A stretch of DNA of 32,000 nt from Bacillus subtilis subsp. subtilis str. 168 (GCF_000009045.1 NC_000964.3:2280001-2312000); one strand, 5' to 3'. Shown: positions 20,200 to 30,987, counted from the stretch's first letter. Numbers and translations are program-made. The notes: generated by a model from the letters alone, not told the origin.

Positions 20200-20222
20200 A
20201 AATGCCCGGAGAACGGGCATTT
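20200..20222 (-). terminator. Terminator downstream of brxB
   Basis: AAATGCCCG/CGGGCATTT hairpin. Confidence 0.75.
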
Positions 20223-20655
20223 AGCAGTGCGCATCGAAGGCAGCAGTCAGATTTTTCATGATTTCTTCCATATCGTGTCCTTCAATTTCATGACGCGGAA
20301 TAAAATGTACGACTTCTTTGCCTTTCAAAAGAGCCATTGATGGTGAAGAAGGCTCCTGGCCAGTAAAATACTCACGCATTTTCGCAGTAGCTTCTTTATC
20401 TTGGCCCGCAAATACAGTCACCGTATTGTCAGGTGTTTTGTCATTCTGGAGGACTGCCTGTGTAGCCGCAGGACGCGCAAGGCCTGCCGCGCAGCCGCAT
20501 ACAGAGTTAACGACTACAAGAGTTGTGCCCTCTGCCTTTTCCATAAAGTTTTCTACTTCTTCCGCTGTTGTTAACTCTTCAAAACCTGCTCCAGTCAGCT
20601 CGCGGCGCATCGGTACGACAAGCTGGCGCATGTATTCTTCATAAGCCATTGACAT
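20221..20655 (-). CDS. brxB: Bacilliredoxin (CGC-motif)
   Basis: 144 aa; VVVNSVCGCAAGLARPAA; gene order (yphP position). Confidence 0.9.
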   Translation of the reverse strand: MSMAYEEYMRQLVVPMRRELTGAGFEELTTAEEVENFMEKAEGTTLVVVNSVCGCAAGLARPAATQAVLQNDKTPDNTVTVFAGQDKEATAKMREYFTGQEPSSPSMALLKGKEVVHFIPRHEIEGHDMEEIMKNLTAAFDAHC

Positions 20656-20761
20656 AAAAAAAGCCCCCTCTAGTATCCTTCATCTGAAGTAAAGGATACT
20701 ATAGAGAGGGCCGGATTTCAAATGTTCACGCCTTAAAATAAAAGAAAGTGTCCCCAGCTAT

Positions 20762-22438
20762 CTAGATTTTCATAATACCGCCGGTGTTGGCACTTGTCAC
20801 AAGTTTAGAATAACGTGCCAGGTAGCCGGTTTTCACTTTCGGTTCAAAACCTTTCCAGTTCGCTTTTCGTTTTTCCCACTCTTCTTCTGGCACTTGTACA
20901 TCCAAGATGCGTTTTTCAATATCAACGATAATATGGTCTCCGTTTTCAACAAAGGCAAGCGGCCCGCCCTCAGCGGCCTCAGGTGATACGTGGCCGATTG
21001 AGAGGCCACGGGAGGCTCCGGAAAAACGTCCGTCCGTAATCAATGCCACTTTTGGCCCGAGTCCCATTCCAACGATTTGGGATGTTGGCGCCAGCATTTC
21101 CGGCATGCCAGGTCCGCCTTTTGGCCCTTCGTATCTGATGATGACAACGTCGCCTTCTTTTACTTTTCGGTTGATAATGCCGTCAAGCGCCTCGTCCTGA
21201 GAATCGAATACGACAGCCGGCCCTTCGTGTCTTGTAATCCCATTCTGTACGCCGCCTGTTTTAATGATAGCGCCGTCCGGAGCTAGATTACCGAATAAAA
21301 CAGCAAGGCCTCCCTTTTCAGTGAATGGTTGATCCAGCGGGTGAATGACGTCATAATCCTTTACTTCATGTCCGGCAATGGTTTCTCCAAGAGTTTTTCC
21401 TGTAACAGTCAGCGCATCTAAATGAAGCGCTCCTTCTTTCTTCGAAAGCTCATTCAGAGCCGCTGAAACGCCGCCCGCTTCGTGAAGATCTTCAATAAAC
21501 ACATCCGATGCAGGCGCCAGCTTAGCCAAGTGCGGCACGCGCTCAGCGACTTCGTTAATGCGTTCTAAAGAGTATTCAACGCCGGCTTCGTTTGCAAGGG
21601 CAAGGGTATGAAGAACGGTATTTGTAGAACCTCCGAGCGCCATATCGAGTGCAAACGCGTTATCAATCGCTTTTACTGTAACAATATCACGCGGTTTGAT
21701 ATCTTTGCGAATCGTTTCCATTAATTGCGCAGCCGATTTTCTCACAAACTCTTTGCGTTCCGGAGATGTTGCCAGAATGGTTCCATTACCCGGCAAAGCA
21801 AGACCAAGTGCTTCTGACAGACAGTTCATTGAGTTCGCCGTAAACATGCCTGAGCAAGACCCGCACGTTGGGCATCCGAACTGCTCTAGTTCTTGAAGCT
21901 CGTTTTCGTTGATTTTCCCTGCTTGGTAGGCGCCTACCCCTTCGAATACTGAGGAAAGGGAGATTTTTCGCCCGTCACTTGTTCTTCCTGCCGCCATCGG
22001 TCCGCCGCTGACAAAAATCGTCGGAATGTTGATGCGCATTGCCGCCATAAGCATTCCCGGTGTGATTTTGTCGCAGTTCGGAATACAGACCATTCCGTCA
22101 AACCAGTGTGCGGATACAACCGTTTCCACAGAGTCTGCGATAATTTCACGGCTTGGCAGCGAATATCTCATACCGATATGCCCCATTGCGATGCCATCAT
22201 CTACCCCAATGGTATTAAATTCAAACGGAACGCCCCCTGCTTCTCTGATTGCTTCTTTTACGATTTTCCCAAACTCCTGCAAGTGAACATGACCGGGAAC
22301 GATATCAATGTATGAATTACACACCGCAATAAACGGCTTGCCGAAATCCTCTTCTTTTACCCCTGCTGCACGAAGCAAACTGCGGTGCGGAGCTCTATCG
22401 ATTCCTTGTGTGATCATATTACTGCGTAATTCTGCCAT
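20762..22438 (-). CDS. ilvD: Dihydroxy-acid dehydratase
   Basis: 558 aa from [22 protein letters not shown]; [27 protein letters not shown]; AGGAGGAT upstream. Confidence 0.98.
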
Positions 22439-22487
22439 GGTGATCCTCCTAAATTCTTTCAATTGTTTGATTGGATTTTATTTTGAC

Positions 22488-22502
22488 AATTTTCAGTTTA
22501 TT
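22488..22502. promoter_or_regulatory. Candidate CodY box upstream of ilvD
   Basis: AATTTTCAGTTTATT, 3 mismatches to AATTTTCWGAAAATT. Confidence 0.35.
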
Positions 22503-22693
22503 TATGGGCTGTTTTTGCAAATAAGATAAATACAGGCCGCCCTCACCTTGTTTTGTTCTTTCGTGTTTTTATATTTATATAGCTTTCTTTCGATTTGAAC
22601 CCTCCAACTATTAATATTGTTACTTACTATAAATAGTTTTCGGATATTTTTCAACAATATTCGAAATAATTTTTATAAAAAGTGAATTCACAT

Positions 22694-22723
22694 AAAAAAG
22701 GTGCATGATCTGCACCTTTTTTA
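22694..22723 (-). terminator. Terminator downstream of ypgR
   Basis: AAAAAGGTGCAtgatcTGCACCTTTTT. Confidence 0.85.
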
Positions 22724-22726
22724 TCT

Positions 22727-23860
22727 TTATTCGCCTTTTTTTCTGCTTTCCGTCATTTGTTTCCAAACAGAACCTTTTGCTTCTTCTCCATGCTCAATAC
22801 GTTCAAGCGCCATTTTGACTTGAAGGCTGACCTCAAATTCGGGGTCATCTTCGGCAGCGCGCAAAGCTTCAATTGCACTTTCATCGCCGACTTCGTACAG
22901 GAACATGGCGGCACGCCAGCGAACAAGCTTGCTGGAGTCGCTTAATGACTTGATCATAGCAGGAATGGCTTGAGGATCGCCGATATCAGACAGGCAGTCT
23001 CCGGCCGTTCTTCTGACTGATACAGCTTTGTCCTCAAGTGCTTTATACAATAGAGGAAGAACATCAGGTGTTTCAATCATTCCTAAGTACACAACAGCCT
23101 GTCTTCTGATGGACACCTTTGGATCATCCAATGCCTTCTGTAAAACCGGGATATCCTCTTCTTTCGGATCCATCTGTTCCAAGTGTGCATAACGCTTTTT
23201 CCAGTCCTCATCATCCAGCATATCAAGCGTTACTTTATACGCTTTGCGCTGTACAGCTTGTTTTGCTTCGCCCTTTCCTTGAGCGGCTGCTTCAGTCAGT
23301 CGTTTCAGCCGTTCATCACTGTATGCCGCTTGAAGCTCTTCTGTCACATCATGGCCGATTTCATCAAAGTCACCGAATCTGACACCTTGTTCTTTCCAAG
23401 CCCGCTCAAACACAACATTGGAAGCTTCAGATCTAAGTTTTAAGATCGCCTGCTGAAAGCGTTCAGGTAAGCCGAAGCGTTCTTCCCGCTCTCCATCGGT
23501 TAATTTAACTTGCATAGGAATGCCGCTGAACATCTGCACAAAAACTTTTACCTCTCCAAAAGATTCTTGATCAGAACGATTTTCTTCTGCGCTTTCAGCA
23601 CTTTCCATCCCAAATGCAGTGCGGACTTGCGGTAAAATGTCTTTCCAGTCGTATCTTGCATTCCGTTCAACAGCAAGAAAATCTGCGACGTGATATACCC
23701 CTTTAACTCCATCTATTTTAAGGATTTCCGCTATAACAAGCGGTGCGCCTTCTGCTTGCTCAGGTTTATAGTTATTGCTTTTGCCCGCCGGAAGCTCTTC
23801 CGTTAAGATGACTTTCATTGTATTCGGGCTTGGTGTAGGTTCAATTGATTTTATCTTCAT
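22727..23860 (-). CDS. ypgR: NifU/Nfu N-domain-like plus HEAT-repeat protein
   Basis: 377 aa; IEPTPSPNTMKVIL...DGVKGVYHVADFLAVERN N-domain; repeated VRRTAGDCLSDIGDP/VRWRAAMFLYEVGDE HEAT-like units. Confidence 0.88.
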   Translation of the reverse strand: MKIKSIEPTPSPNTMKVILTEELPAGKSNNYKPEQAEGAPLVIAEILKIDGVKGVYHVADFLAVERNARYDWKDILPQVRTAFGMESAESAEENRSDQESFGEVKVFVQMFSGIPMQVKLTDGEREERFGLPERFQQAILKLRSEASNVVFERAWKEQGVRFGDFDEIGHDVTEELQAAYSDERLKRLTEAAAQGKGEAKQAVQRKAYKVTLDMLDDEDWKKRYAHLEQMDPKEEDIPVLQKALDDPKVSIRRQAVVYLGMIETPDVLPLLYKALEDKAVSVRRTAGDCLSDIGDPQAIPAMIKSLSDSSKLVRWRAAMFLYEVGDESAIEALRAAEDDPEFEVSLQVKMALERIEHGEEAKGSVWKQMTESRKKGE

Positions 23861-23919
23861 GATCGTCCTCCTATAGCATATCTGTGACTTATTCTATCAT
23901 AGTCGCTCCAAGCCTTCTA

Positions 23920-24537
23920 TTACGACGTTTCGGCATCAATCCCGGGTATGTCTTTTTCTAATTGGCGGACAAATTGAAGCATAAAATTGTGTCTTTCTTC
24001 TGCCAGTTCCCGTGCAGTGTCTGTATTCATCATATCTTTCAGCCGCAGCAGCTTATGAAAAAAATGAGCGTAGGCGCTTTGCTCATCTCCATAAAGGCCA
24101 TGCCCTTTTGCGCCCGCAAACATGAAAGCTCTCGCAATGCCGACAGCACCAATCGCATCAAGTCTGTCAGCATCCTGTACAGCTTTTCCTTCAATTGAGA
24201 GCGGCTCCTTCGCCAATTTCCCCCTGTCCCGAAAGGACATCCTTGTTATAATATGAATCACCCTGTCAGCATTCTCTTTTCCTACTCCGAAAAAAACGAG
24301 CTGATCATATACTTCGCTCACAGAAAGCCTGACCGTGTCAGGCAGCTTCACATCAATTAAATCATGAACCAAAGCCGCCGTTTCAACAATGAACAAATCC
24401 GCTTTTTCCTTTTCTCCAATATACGCTGCAAGATCTGCTACTCTTGATACATGATGCCAGTCATGTCCAGAGCTTTCGTCAGTCAGGATAGATTGAACCC
24501 ATGTCCTGATTTGCTCTGCCTGCTTCAATTCCTTCAC
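23920..24537 (-). CDS. ypgQ: HD-domain phosphohydrolase
   Basis: 205 aa; HDWHHVSRVADLA, VHDLIDVK, DADRLDAIGAVGIAR. Confidence 0.92.
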   Translation of the reverse strand: MKELKQAEQIRTWVQSILTDESSGHDWHHVSRVADLAAYIGEKEKADLFIVETAALVHDLIDVKLPDTVRLSVSEVYDQLVFFGVGKENADRVIHIITRMSFRDRGKLAKEPLSIEGKAVQDADRLDAIGAVGIARAFMFAGAKGHGLYGDEQSAYAHFFHKLLRLKDMMNTDTARELAEERHNFMLQFVRQLEKDIPGIDAETS

Positions 24538-24552
24538 AAAAACACCCTCTTT

Positions 24553-25035
24553 TTATTGCTCTAATAGCTTCACGATATCGTCTTCCAACTCTTTCGGATT
24601 TGTATTTGGTGAATAACGGCCAACGATTTCTCCATTTCTATCCACTATAAATTTCGTGAAATTCCACTTGATCGCCTTAGTTCCCAGCATCCCTTTCGCA
24701 TGTTCTGTCAAATACACAAACAGCGGGTGGGCGTTTTTCCCGTTTACATCCACTTTTGAAAACATAGGAAATGTAACACCGTAATTTGTTTCACAAAATT
24801 CCTGTATGTCAGCCTCTTCACCAGGCTCTTGGTTCATGAATTGATTGCAGGGGAACCCTAAGATCTCCAGCCCCTCCTGCTGATATGTATCATATAATTC
24901 CTGCAGCTGCTTCAATTGGGAAGTAAAACCGCACTTACTTGCTGTATTCACGATCATCAGTACCTTTCCCGCGAAAGGCTGAAGTGTCATGTCTTTCCCT
25001 GTGATTGTACGTACCTTCATATGATAAATAGACAT
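24553..25035 (-). CDS. bsaA: Glutathione peroxidase homologue (Cys-type)
   Basis: 160 aa from MSIYHMKV; VNTASKCGFTSQL, LGFPCNQF, WNFTKFIVDRNG. Confidence 0.93.
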   Translation of the reverse strand: MSIYHMKVRTITGKDMTLQPFAGKVLMIVNTASKCGFTSQLKQLQELYDTYQQEGLEILGFPCNQFMNQEPGEEADIQEFCETNYGVTFPMFSKVDVNGKNAHPLFVYLTEHAKGMLGTKAIKWNFTKFIVDRNGEIVGRYSPNTNPKELEDDIVKLLEQ

Positions 25036-25311
25036 GTAAGTCCCTCCTATGTCCTTGGTGCTGATTATTTTACCTTTTTTAAATCGCAATTCAAAATGTA
25101 AACATCAATTAAGAACTCATAAGAAACCTAACGATATGAGCGTCAGTTCATTATCAATTCATATGGCTCGTTTTTTATCTTATCATTCTATAAAACATTA
25201 CAATTCCCTCTTACATCTTTGAAAATCATTTTACTGTGAAACCAAAAGGCGTGTCAGTGCGTTTTATTTAAAGAGTTTTCTGTTGTTTCCCCCTCAACAC
25301 GTATAGATAGA

Positions 25312-25340
25312 TTGAAAATTGGCGTGAAAATTCCTATAAT
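25312..25340 (+). promoter_or_regulatory. Candidate sigma-A promoter for metA
   Basis: TTGAAA - 17 nt - TATAAT. Confidence 0.7.
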
Positions 25341-25377
25341 GAAGAAAATTAAACGGGGAAATAATGGAGGTGGCACG

Positions 25378-26283
25378 TTGCCTATTAATATACCAACACA
25401 CCTGCCGGCAAAACAGGTGCTTGAAAGTGAACATATATTTGTAATGGATGAAAGCAGAGCATTTCATCAGGATATCCGGCCGCAAAAAATTATTATATTA
25501 AATTTGATGCCGAAAAAAATCCAAACAGAGACTCAGCTTCTCAGATTGCTTGGAAATTCGCCTTTACAGGTTCATTTCACATTTTTAATCCCAAGCACAC
25601 ACACGCCGAAAAATACTGCGAGAGAACACCTTGACGAATTTTACACGACTTTTTCCAATATCCGTCACAAGAGGTTTGACGGCATGATTATCACCGGTGC
25701 GCCGATCGAGCATTTGGCGTTTGAAGAGGTTTCATATTGGGAAGAGCTCAAGGAAATCATGGAGTGGAGCAAAACAAATGTCACTTCAACCTTGCATATT
25801 TGCTGGGGTGCTCAAGCAGGTTTGTATTACCATTACGGTGTGGAAAAAATTCAAATGCCGAAAAAAATCTTCGGTGTGTTCGAACATACCGTTCTTTCAA
25901 AACACGAAAGATTGGTAAGAGGTTTTGACGAGCTATACTACGTGCCGCATTCCCGGCATACAGATATAAATATGGAACAGCTTCAAGCAGTGCCCGAGTT
26001 AAACATTCTTACCGCATCAAAGGAAGCCGGGGTTTGCTTAATTGTGTCTAAAGACGAAAAACAAGTCTTTTTGACAGGGCACCCTGAATATGATACAAAT
26101 ACGCTTCTTCAAGAGTATGAAAGAGATTTGGAACGAAACCTTTCTACTGTCGAGGCCCCTAAACATTATTTTGCAAAAGGCAGCAACGAGCCAGTGAATC
26201 GCTGGAAAGCGCATGCCACATTATTGTTTATGAATTGGCTGAATTATTACGTTTACCAAGAAACTCCTTATGAATGGGACTAA
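25378..26283 (+). CDS. metA: Homoserine O-acyltransferase
   Basis: 301 aa from TTG after GGAGGTGG; [53 protein letters not shown]. Confidence 0.96.
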   Translation: MPINIPTHLPAKQVLESEHIFVMDESRAFHQDIRPQKIIILNLMPKKIQTETQLLRLLGNSPLQVHFTFLIPSTHTPKNTAREHLDEFYTTFSNIRHKRFDGMIITGAPIEHLAFEEVSYWEELKEIMEWSKTNVTSTLHICWGAQAGLYYHYGVEKIQMPKKIFGVFEHTVLSKHERLVRGFDELYYVPHSRHTDINMEQLQAVPELNILTASKEAGVCLIVSKDEKQVFLTGHPEYDTNTLLQEYERDLERNLSTVEAPKHYFAKGSNEPVNRWKAHATLLFMNWLNYYVYQETPYEWD

Positions 26284-26513
26284 TTTTTCTTTTTTTAGTG
26301 ATACGCTGAGCAAAAAATATGATAAAATACATCTGATTCAGTCTGCGTATAACAAAAATTTAAAATACTGGAATCCAAATCATTTAAAATTAGCTTAACT
26401 TTTTCACTGCATTAATAATTCGATTATGTATTTGTGTTATGTTTATGTATAGACAATAACTCCTTACGATGCATGAAGCTTGCTTGTTGTTGATTACATT
26501 GAGGTGAATTTAC

Positions 26514-27662
26514 TTGAATACCAATAAAAGAGTATTAATTTTGACTGCAAATTACGGAAATGGACATGTGCAGGTAGCCAAAACACTTTATGAACAATGT
26601 GTACGGCTCGGCTTTCAGCATGTAACAGTTTCTAATTTGTACCAAGAGTCAAATCCGATTGTTTCAGAGGTAACTCAATACCTTTATTTAAAAAGCTTCT
26701 CAATCGGGAAACAGTTTTATCGTTTGTTTTATTACGGAGTTGACAAAATCTATAATAAACGTAAATTCAATATTTACTTTAAAATGGGTAATAAAAGATT
26801 GGGCGAACTTGTCGATGAACATCAGCCCGATATTATTATTAATACATTTCCGATGATCGTCGTGCCGGAATACAGACGCCGAACTGGAAGAGTCATTCCT
26901 ACCTTCAACGTTATGACTGATTTTTGTCTTCATAAAATTTGGGTTCACGAAAACGTGGATAAATATTATGTGGCGACAGATTACGTGAAGGAAAAACTGC
27001 TGGAGATCGGCACTCATCCAAGCAATGTAAAAATCACAGGAATTCCAATCAGGCCGCAATTTGAAGAATCCATGCCTGTTGGCCCGATATATAAAAAGTA
27101 CAATCTTTCACCAAACAAAAAAGTGCTTCTGATCATGGCAGGTGCTCACGGTGTATTAAAGAACGTAAAAGAGCTGTGCGAAAACCTTGTCAAGGATGAC
27201 CAAGTGCAAGTAGTTGTCGTGTGCGGGAAAAATACGGCTTTAAAAGAATCTTTGAGTGCGCTTGAAGCGGAAAATGGTGACAAATTAAAAGTTCTGGGCT
27301 ATGTGGAGCGCATTGATGAGCTATTTCGGATCACAGATTGCATGATTACCAAGCCCGGCGGCATTACTTTGACAGAAGCCACAGCCATTGGAGTGCCTGT
27401 CATTCTGTACAAACCCGTGCCTGGCCAGGAAAAAGAAAATGCAAACTTCTTTGAAGACCGCGGAGCTGCCATCGTTGTGAACCGTCATGAAGAGATTCTC
27501 GAGTCAGTCACTTCCCTTCTTGCAGATGAAGATACCTTGCATCGCATGAAGAAAAACATTAAGGACCTTCATTTAGCAAACTCCTCTGAAGTGATTTTAG
27601 AGGATATCCTGAAGGAATCAGAAATGATGACCGCCAAACAAAAAGCCAAAGTGCTATCGTAA
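26514..27662 (+). CDS. ugtP: Processive diacylglycerol beta-glucosyltransferase (MGDG synthase-like)
   Basis: 382 aa; NYGNGHVQVAKTL, GITGIPIRPQFEE, ITKPGGITLTEATAIGVP. Confidence 0.96.
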   Translation: MNTNKRVLILTANYGNGHVQVAKTLYEQCVRLGFQHVTVSNLYQESNPIVSEVTQYLYLKSFSIGKQFYRLFYYGVDKIYNKRKFNIYFKMGNKRLGELVDEHQPDIIINTFPMIVVPEYRRRTGRVIPTFNVMTDFCLHKIWVHENVDKYYVATDYVKEKLLEIGTHPSNVKITGIPIRPQFEESMPVGPIYKKYNLSPNKKVLLIMAGAHGVLKNVKELCENLVKDDQVQVVVVCGKNTALKESLSALEAENGDKLKVLGYVERIDELFRITDCMITKPGGITLTEATAIGVPVILYKPVPGQEKENANFFEDRGAAIVVNRHEEILESVTSLLADEDTLHRMKKNIKDLHLANSSEVILEDILKESEMMTAKQKAKVLS

Positions 27663-27672
27663 TGGCGTACTT

Positions 27673-27702
27673 GAGAGCATACGAAAATCGTGTGCTCTTT
27701 TT
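27673..27702 (+). terminator. Terminator after ugtP
   Basis: GAGAGCATACGAaaaTCGTGTGCTCTTTTT. Confidence 0.8.
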
Positions 27703-27784
27703 ATTTATATTCAGCCATCAATAAAAGCGGTTACATTTTTTTATGGAACTTGCCCTTCTTTTGAAAAATAAGCCGTTTCGCAAC

Positions 27785-27813
27785 TTGACGGGTGCTCCCA
27801 GATGGTGTATAGT
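27785..27813 (+). promoter_or_regulatory. Candidate sigma-A promoter for cspD
   Basis: TTGACG - 17 nt - TATAGT. Confidence 0.75.
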
Positions 27814-27904
27814 TGAACCATCATTTAACAATGAATCAAAGTTAGATGATGACAAAATTTTTTTTAGCACATGGGTGCTACAGTACTAGGAGGAATTAAG
27901 CAAT

Positions 27905-28105
27905 ATGCAAAACGGTAAAGTAAAATGGTTCAACAACGAAAAAGGATTCGGCTTCATTGAAGTTGAAGGCGGAGACGATGTATTTGTTCACTTCACAGCT
28001 ATCGAAGGAGATGGATACAAATCATTAGAAGAAGGACAAGAAGTTTCTTTTGAAATTGTCGAAGGTAATCGTGGACCTCAAGCTTCTAATGTTGTAAAAC
28101 TCTAA
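27905..28105 (+). CDS. cspD: Cold-shock protein CspD
   Basis: 66 aa; [27 protein letters not shown]; AGGAGG RBS. Confidence 0.98.
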   Translation: MQNGKVKWFNNEKGFGFIEVEGGDDVFVHFTAIEGDGYKSLEEGQEVSFEIVEGNRGPQASNVVKL

Positions 28106-28131
28106 ACTCAATACATGATGATGAGATGACA

Positions 28132-28163
28132 AATAGAGGAGAGGCATTCGCCTCTCCTATTTG
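28132..28163. terminator. Bidirectional terminator between cspD and degR
   Basis: GAGAGGCattcGCCTCTC-centred hairpin with AAATAG/CTATTT ends. Confidence 0.75.
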
Positions 28164-28339
28164 ATTTTCATCTGGATTTCAATCGCCAAAATGTTTTGTT
28201 TACACCTCTGTTCAATCTCTTCAACATACTTTTCCATTGATGGTTTTCCTTTTTTCGCGATATCGGCCAGTTCTTCTAAATCACTGTATATTTCTATAAA
28301 TGTTTTGTGAAGGATCAACTTCAAGTCTTTATCATCCAT
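28157..28339 (-). CDS. degR: Regulatory protein DegR (stabiliser of DegU-P)
   Basis: 60 aa from MDDKDLKLILHKTFIEIYSDLEELADIAKKG; matches recalled DegR length and sequence and its position next to cspD. Confidence 0.88.
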   Translation of the reverse strand: MDDKDLKLILHKTFIEIYSDLEELADIAKKGKPSMEKYVEEIEQRCKQNILAIEIQMKIK

Positions 28340-28494
28340 AGCTGCGTTCCCCTTCTCTATCAAGATACCTCAAATAGTAAAACGGTCCTATTTATTCTGG
28401 TTCAATAGTTATATCGGCTTATTTTTATTTTCTTTTCTATTTTGGTACATAAATTTCAAAAAAACTCTGCAAAATAATGGCGGAGGTGTTTTTT

Positions 28495-28764
28495 GTGACT
28501 TCAGAATTTCATAATGAGGATCAGACCGGCTTTACGGATAAGCGGCAGCTGGAACTAGCGGTGGAAACAGCGCAGAAAACAACAGGAGCCGCGACGAGAG
28601 GCCAAAGCAAAACATTAGTCGACTCTGCATACCAAGCCATTGAGGATGCTAGAGAACTGTCACAATCTGAAGAGCTGGCAGCTCTCGATGATCCTGAATT
28701 TGTAAAGCAGCAACAGCAGCTGCTAGATGACAGCGAGCATCAGCTGGATGAATTCAAAGAATAA
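28495..28764 (+). CDS. ypzA: Small conserved protein, 89 aa
   Basis: GTG start with GGAGGTG RBS; VTSEFHNEDQTGFTDKRQLELAVETAQK. Confidence 0.8.
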   Translation: MTSEFHNEDQTGFTDKRQLELAVETAQKTTGAATRGQSKTLVDSAYQAIEDARELSQSEELAALDDPEFVKQQQQLLDDSEHQLDEFKE

Positions 28765-28765
28765 A

Positions 28766-28791
28766 AACCGCAGCTTCTGCGGTTTTTATTT
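28766..28791. terminator. Bidirectional terminator ypzA/ypeQ
   Basis: AAAACCGCAGcttCTGCGGTTTTT. Confidence 0.85.
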
Positions 28792-28983
28792 TTAGTGATT
28801 GGTTAAGACATCTCCGTATTGTTTCAACTTTTCACCAACCGTACATTTATTGATACAAAATGAATGCGCATAAGTTTTGCCAAATTCTTTGCGAAACTGC
28901 TTCTTAATAAAACAGTCCTTGCAATATTCATCGTGCAGTTCTGTCAGTTCTTTAAAGATCATTTTCTTATCCAATATCGTCAT
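28792..28983 (-). CDS. ypeQ: Small Cys-containing conserved protein
   Basis: 63 aa; LTELHDEYCKDCFIKKQFRKEFGKTYAHSFCINKCTVGEKL. Confidence 0.8.
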   Translation of the reverse strand: MTILDKKMIFKELTELHDEYCKDCFIKKQFRKEFGKTYAHSFCINKCTVGEKLKQYGDVLTNH

Positions 28984-29647
28984 CTCCGTTACGGTCTAAT
29001 TTCGTGTGGCTTTCTACGAATTGATGGGATAGAATTTTTTTAGCGAGGCCGTCAGCTTCCTGATTGTCTTTTCGTTGTATTGTTTCGTAGGTTGGAGTAA
29101 GCTTCAGCGATTCAAGGAGTGCTTCTATTTTGTCCAGCCATTCATTATGAGATGGATCATAACAAGGCCAGCTGCCGTCAAGCTGATTCAGCACAACAAG
29201 CGAGTCCCCTTTGATTGTAATTGAATTTCTGCTTGCCCCAAGCTCTCTTACTTCTCTTATTGCTTCATAAAGCGCTGCGTATTCAGCTTCATTATTGGTT
29301 TTCAGCCGGAAGCTTTTATTTTTTCTCAAGCGATGCCGGGTTCCTCCCAATGAATAATAGATGACGATCCCGAGACCGGCCAGTTCGCTCTCTTTATCGA
29401 AACTGCCGTCAAAATAAACAGTAATGTCATCAGGCTCTTGAGCAAGCTCCTCTGTCAGCTTTTCCAATTCCTTCAGCGTCCAGCTGCCGCCTTTCTCGTC
29501 TTCGAACTCTAGCTCCTTCATGTATGGAAAACGGCCAAGTTCTCTGGCGAACGTACGTGCCTGCTGTGCTGTCAGCCAGTCTTCGCTAAAAAATGAGACG
29601 GATCCCGTTCCTTTTGCTTCTATTTTCAAATGCGGTCTGAGCTTCAT
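28967..29647 (-). CDS. ypeP: RNase H-fold protein
   Basis: C-terminal VYFDGSFD...NNEAEYAALYEAI...IKGDSLVVLNQ...QRKDNQEADGLAKK retains the D-E-D-D pattern; likely start at MKLRPHLK. Confidence 0.85.
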   Translation of the reverse strand: MKLRPHLKIEAKGTGSVSFFSEDWLTAQQARTFARELGRFPYMKELEFEDEKGGSWTLKELEKLTEELAQEPDDITVYFDGSFDKESELAGLGIVIYYSLGGTRHRLRKNKSFRLKTNNEAEYAALYEAIREVRELGASRNSITIKGDSLVVLNQLDGSWPCYDPSHNEWLDKIEALLESLKLTPTYETIQRKDNQEADGLAKKILSHQFVESHTKLDRNGDDDIG

Positions 29648-29729
29648 TACAATCACCTTACCATTCATTAGTTGCCGGGCTTATGCTATAATCAAACCAA
29701 TCTTACCCCGGAAAGGAAGCTTTTTCATC

Positions 29730-30419
29730 TTGTTTAATAATTCGTTTTGGATCTTTTTTGCGATCATTCATTTTATCATTGTTCTTTTATTTTATAAAGG
29801 ATTTGGCAAAATGGGACTGTTTGTTTGGATCGGTTTTGCGACAGTCTGCGCCAACCTCCAAGTCGTCAAAACAGTCGAACTGTTTGGCTTAACAGCGACA
29901 CTCGGGAATGTGATGTATGGCACAATCTTTTTTGCGACAGATGTGCTGAATGAAAAATACGGACCAGCTGAAGCCAGAAAAGCGGTATGGCTCGGATTCT
30001 CAACGCTCCTGACGCTGACATTTGTCATGCAGGGCGTGCTGCTTTTCGAACCGGCTTCCAGCGACATATCACAAACAGCGCTGGAAACGATCTTCGGATT
30101 CCTTCCGCGAGTTGCGTTAGGAAGTCTGCTTGCCTTTATCTTCAGCCAAACGCTGGATGTTTATGTATATTCGGCAATTAGAAGGATATTTCCTTCTGAT
30201 CGGCTTTTATGGCTCAGAAACGGCGGCAGTACAGCAGTCAGCCAGTTGTTTGATACATTCATATTCACTGCAGTCGCCTTTCTCGGCATTTATCCGGCAG
30301 ACGTGTGGCTTCATATTTTTATTTCTACATATTTGATTAAGTTTGCGGTATCTTTAATTTCATTGCCTTATGCCTATGCAGCCAAAAAAATGATACCTAA
30401 TGATGAAAGGAGTTCATAA
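29730..30419 (+). CDS. ypdP: VUT/YhhQ-family queuosine-precursor transporter
   Basis: 229 aa from TTG after AAAGGAAGC; [48 protein letters not shown]. Confidence 0.9.
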
Positions 30420-30817
30420 TGCCTACAGAAATATATGTAGACGGCGCAAGCGCCGGTAATCCAGGGCCTTCCGGTATCGGCATTTTTATCAAACATGAGG
30501 GAAAAGCAGAATCTTTCTCTATTCCAATCGGAGTGCATACAAACCAGGAAGCGGAATTTCTTGCATTAATTGAAGGGATGAAGCTATGTGCAACGCGCGG
30601 GTATCAATCAGTTTCCTTTCGAACCGATTCAGATATTGTGGAACGCGCCACTGAGCTTGAAATGGTTAAAAATATAACGTTTCAACCGTTTGTAGAAGAG
30701 ATCATCCGATTAAAAGCGGCATTCCCTCTTTTTTTCATCAAATGGATACCGGGCAAGCAAAACCAAAAAGCCGATCTTCTGGCAAAAGAAGCGATTCGGC
30801 TGAATGAAAAGAATTAA
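30419..30817 (+). CDS. ypdQ: RNase HI-like protein
   Basis: 132 aa; [54 protein letters not shown]; overlaps ypdP stop by 1 nt. Confidence 0.9.
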
Positions 30818-30858
30818 ATCTTGATCATTGGTTCATCCTAATGGCGAGGTGAACTAAC

Positions 30859-30987
30859 ATGAAAAAGAAAGATAAAGGCCGGCTGACCGGCGGTGTTACT
30901 CCGCAAGGCGACCTGGAAGGCAATACACATAATGACCCTAAAACAGAGCTTGAGGAGAGAGCAAAAAAAAGCAATACAAAACGCTAG
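30859..30987 (+). CDS. sspL: Small acid-soluble spore protein L
   Basis: MKKKDKGRLTGGVTPQGDLEGNTHNDPKTELEERAKKSNTKR*; not in supplied ORF track. Confidence 0.9.
   Translation: MKKKDKGRLTGGVTPQGDLEGNTHNDPKTELEERAKKSNTKR

Noticed and set aside
24553-25035. Selenoprotein glutathione peroxidase
   Set aside because: The catalytic position is a normal cysteine codon (NTASKCGFT) with no in-frame TGA.
25090-25377. SAM (S-box) riboswitch upstream of metA
   Set aside because: No S-box consensus seen, and the candidate promoter (25312-25340) leaves only about a 30-nt leader before the TTG start.
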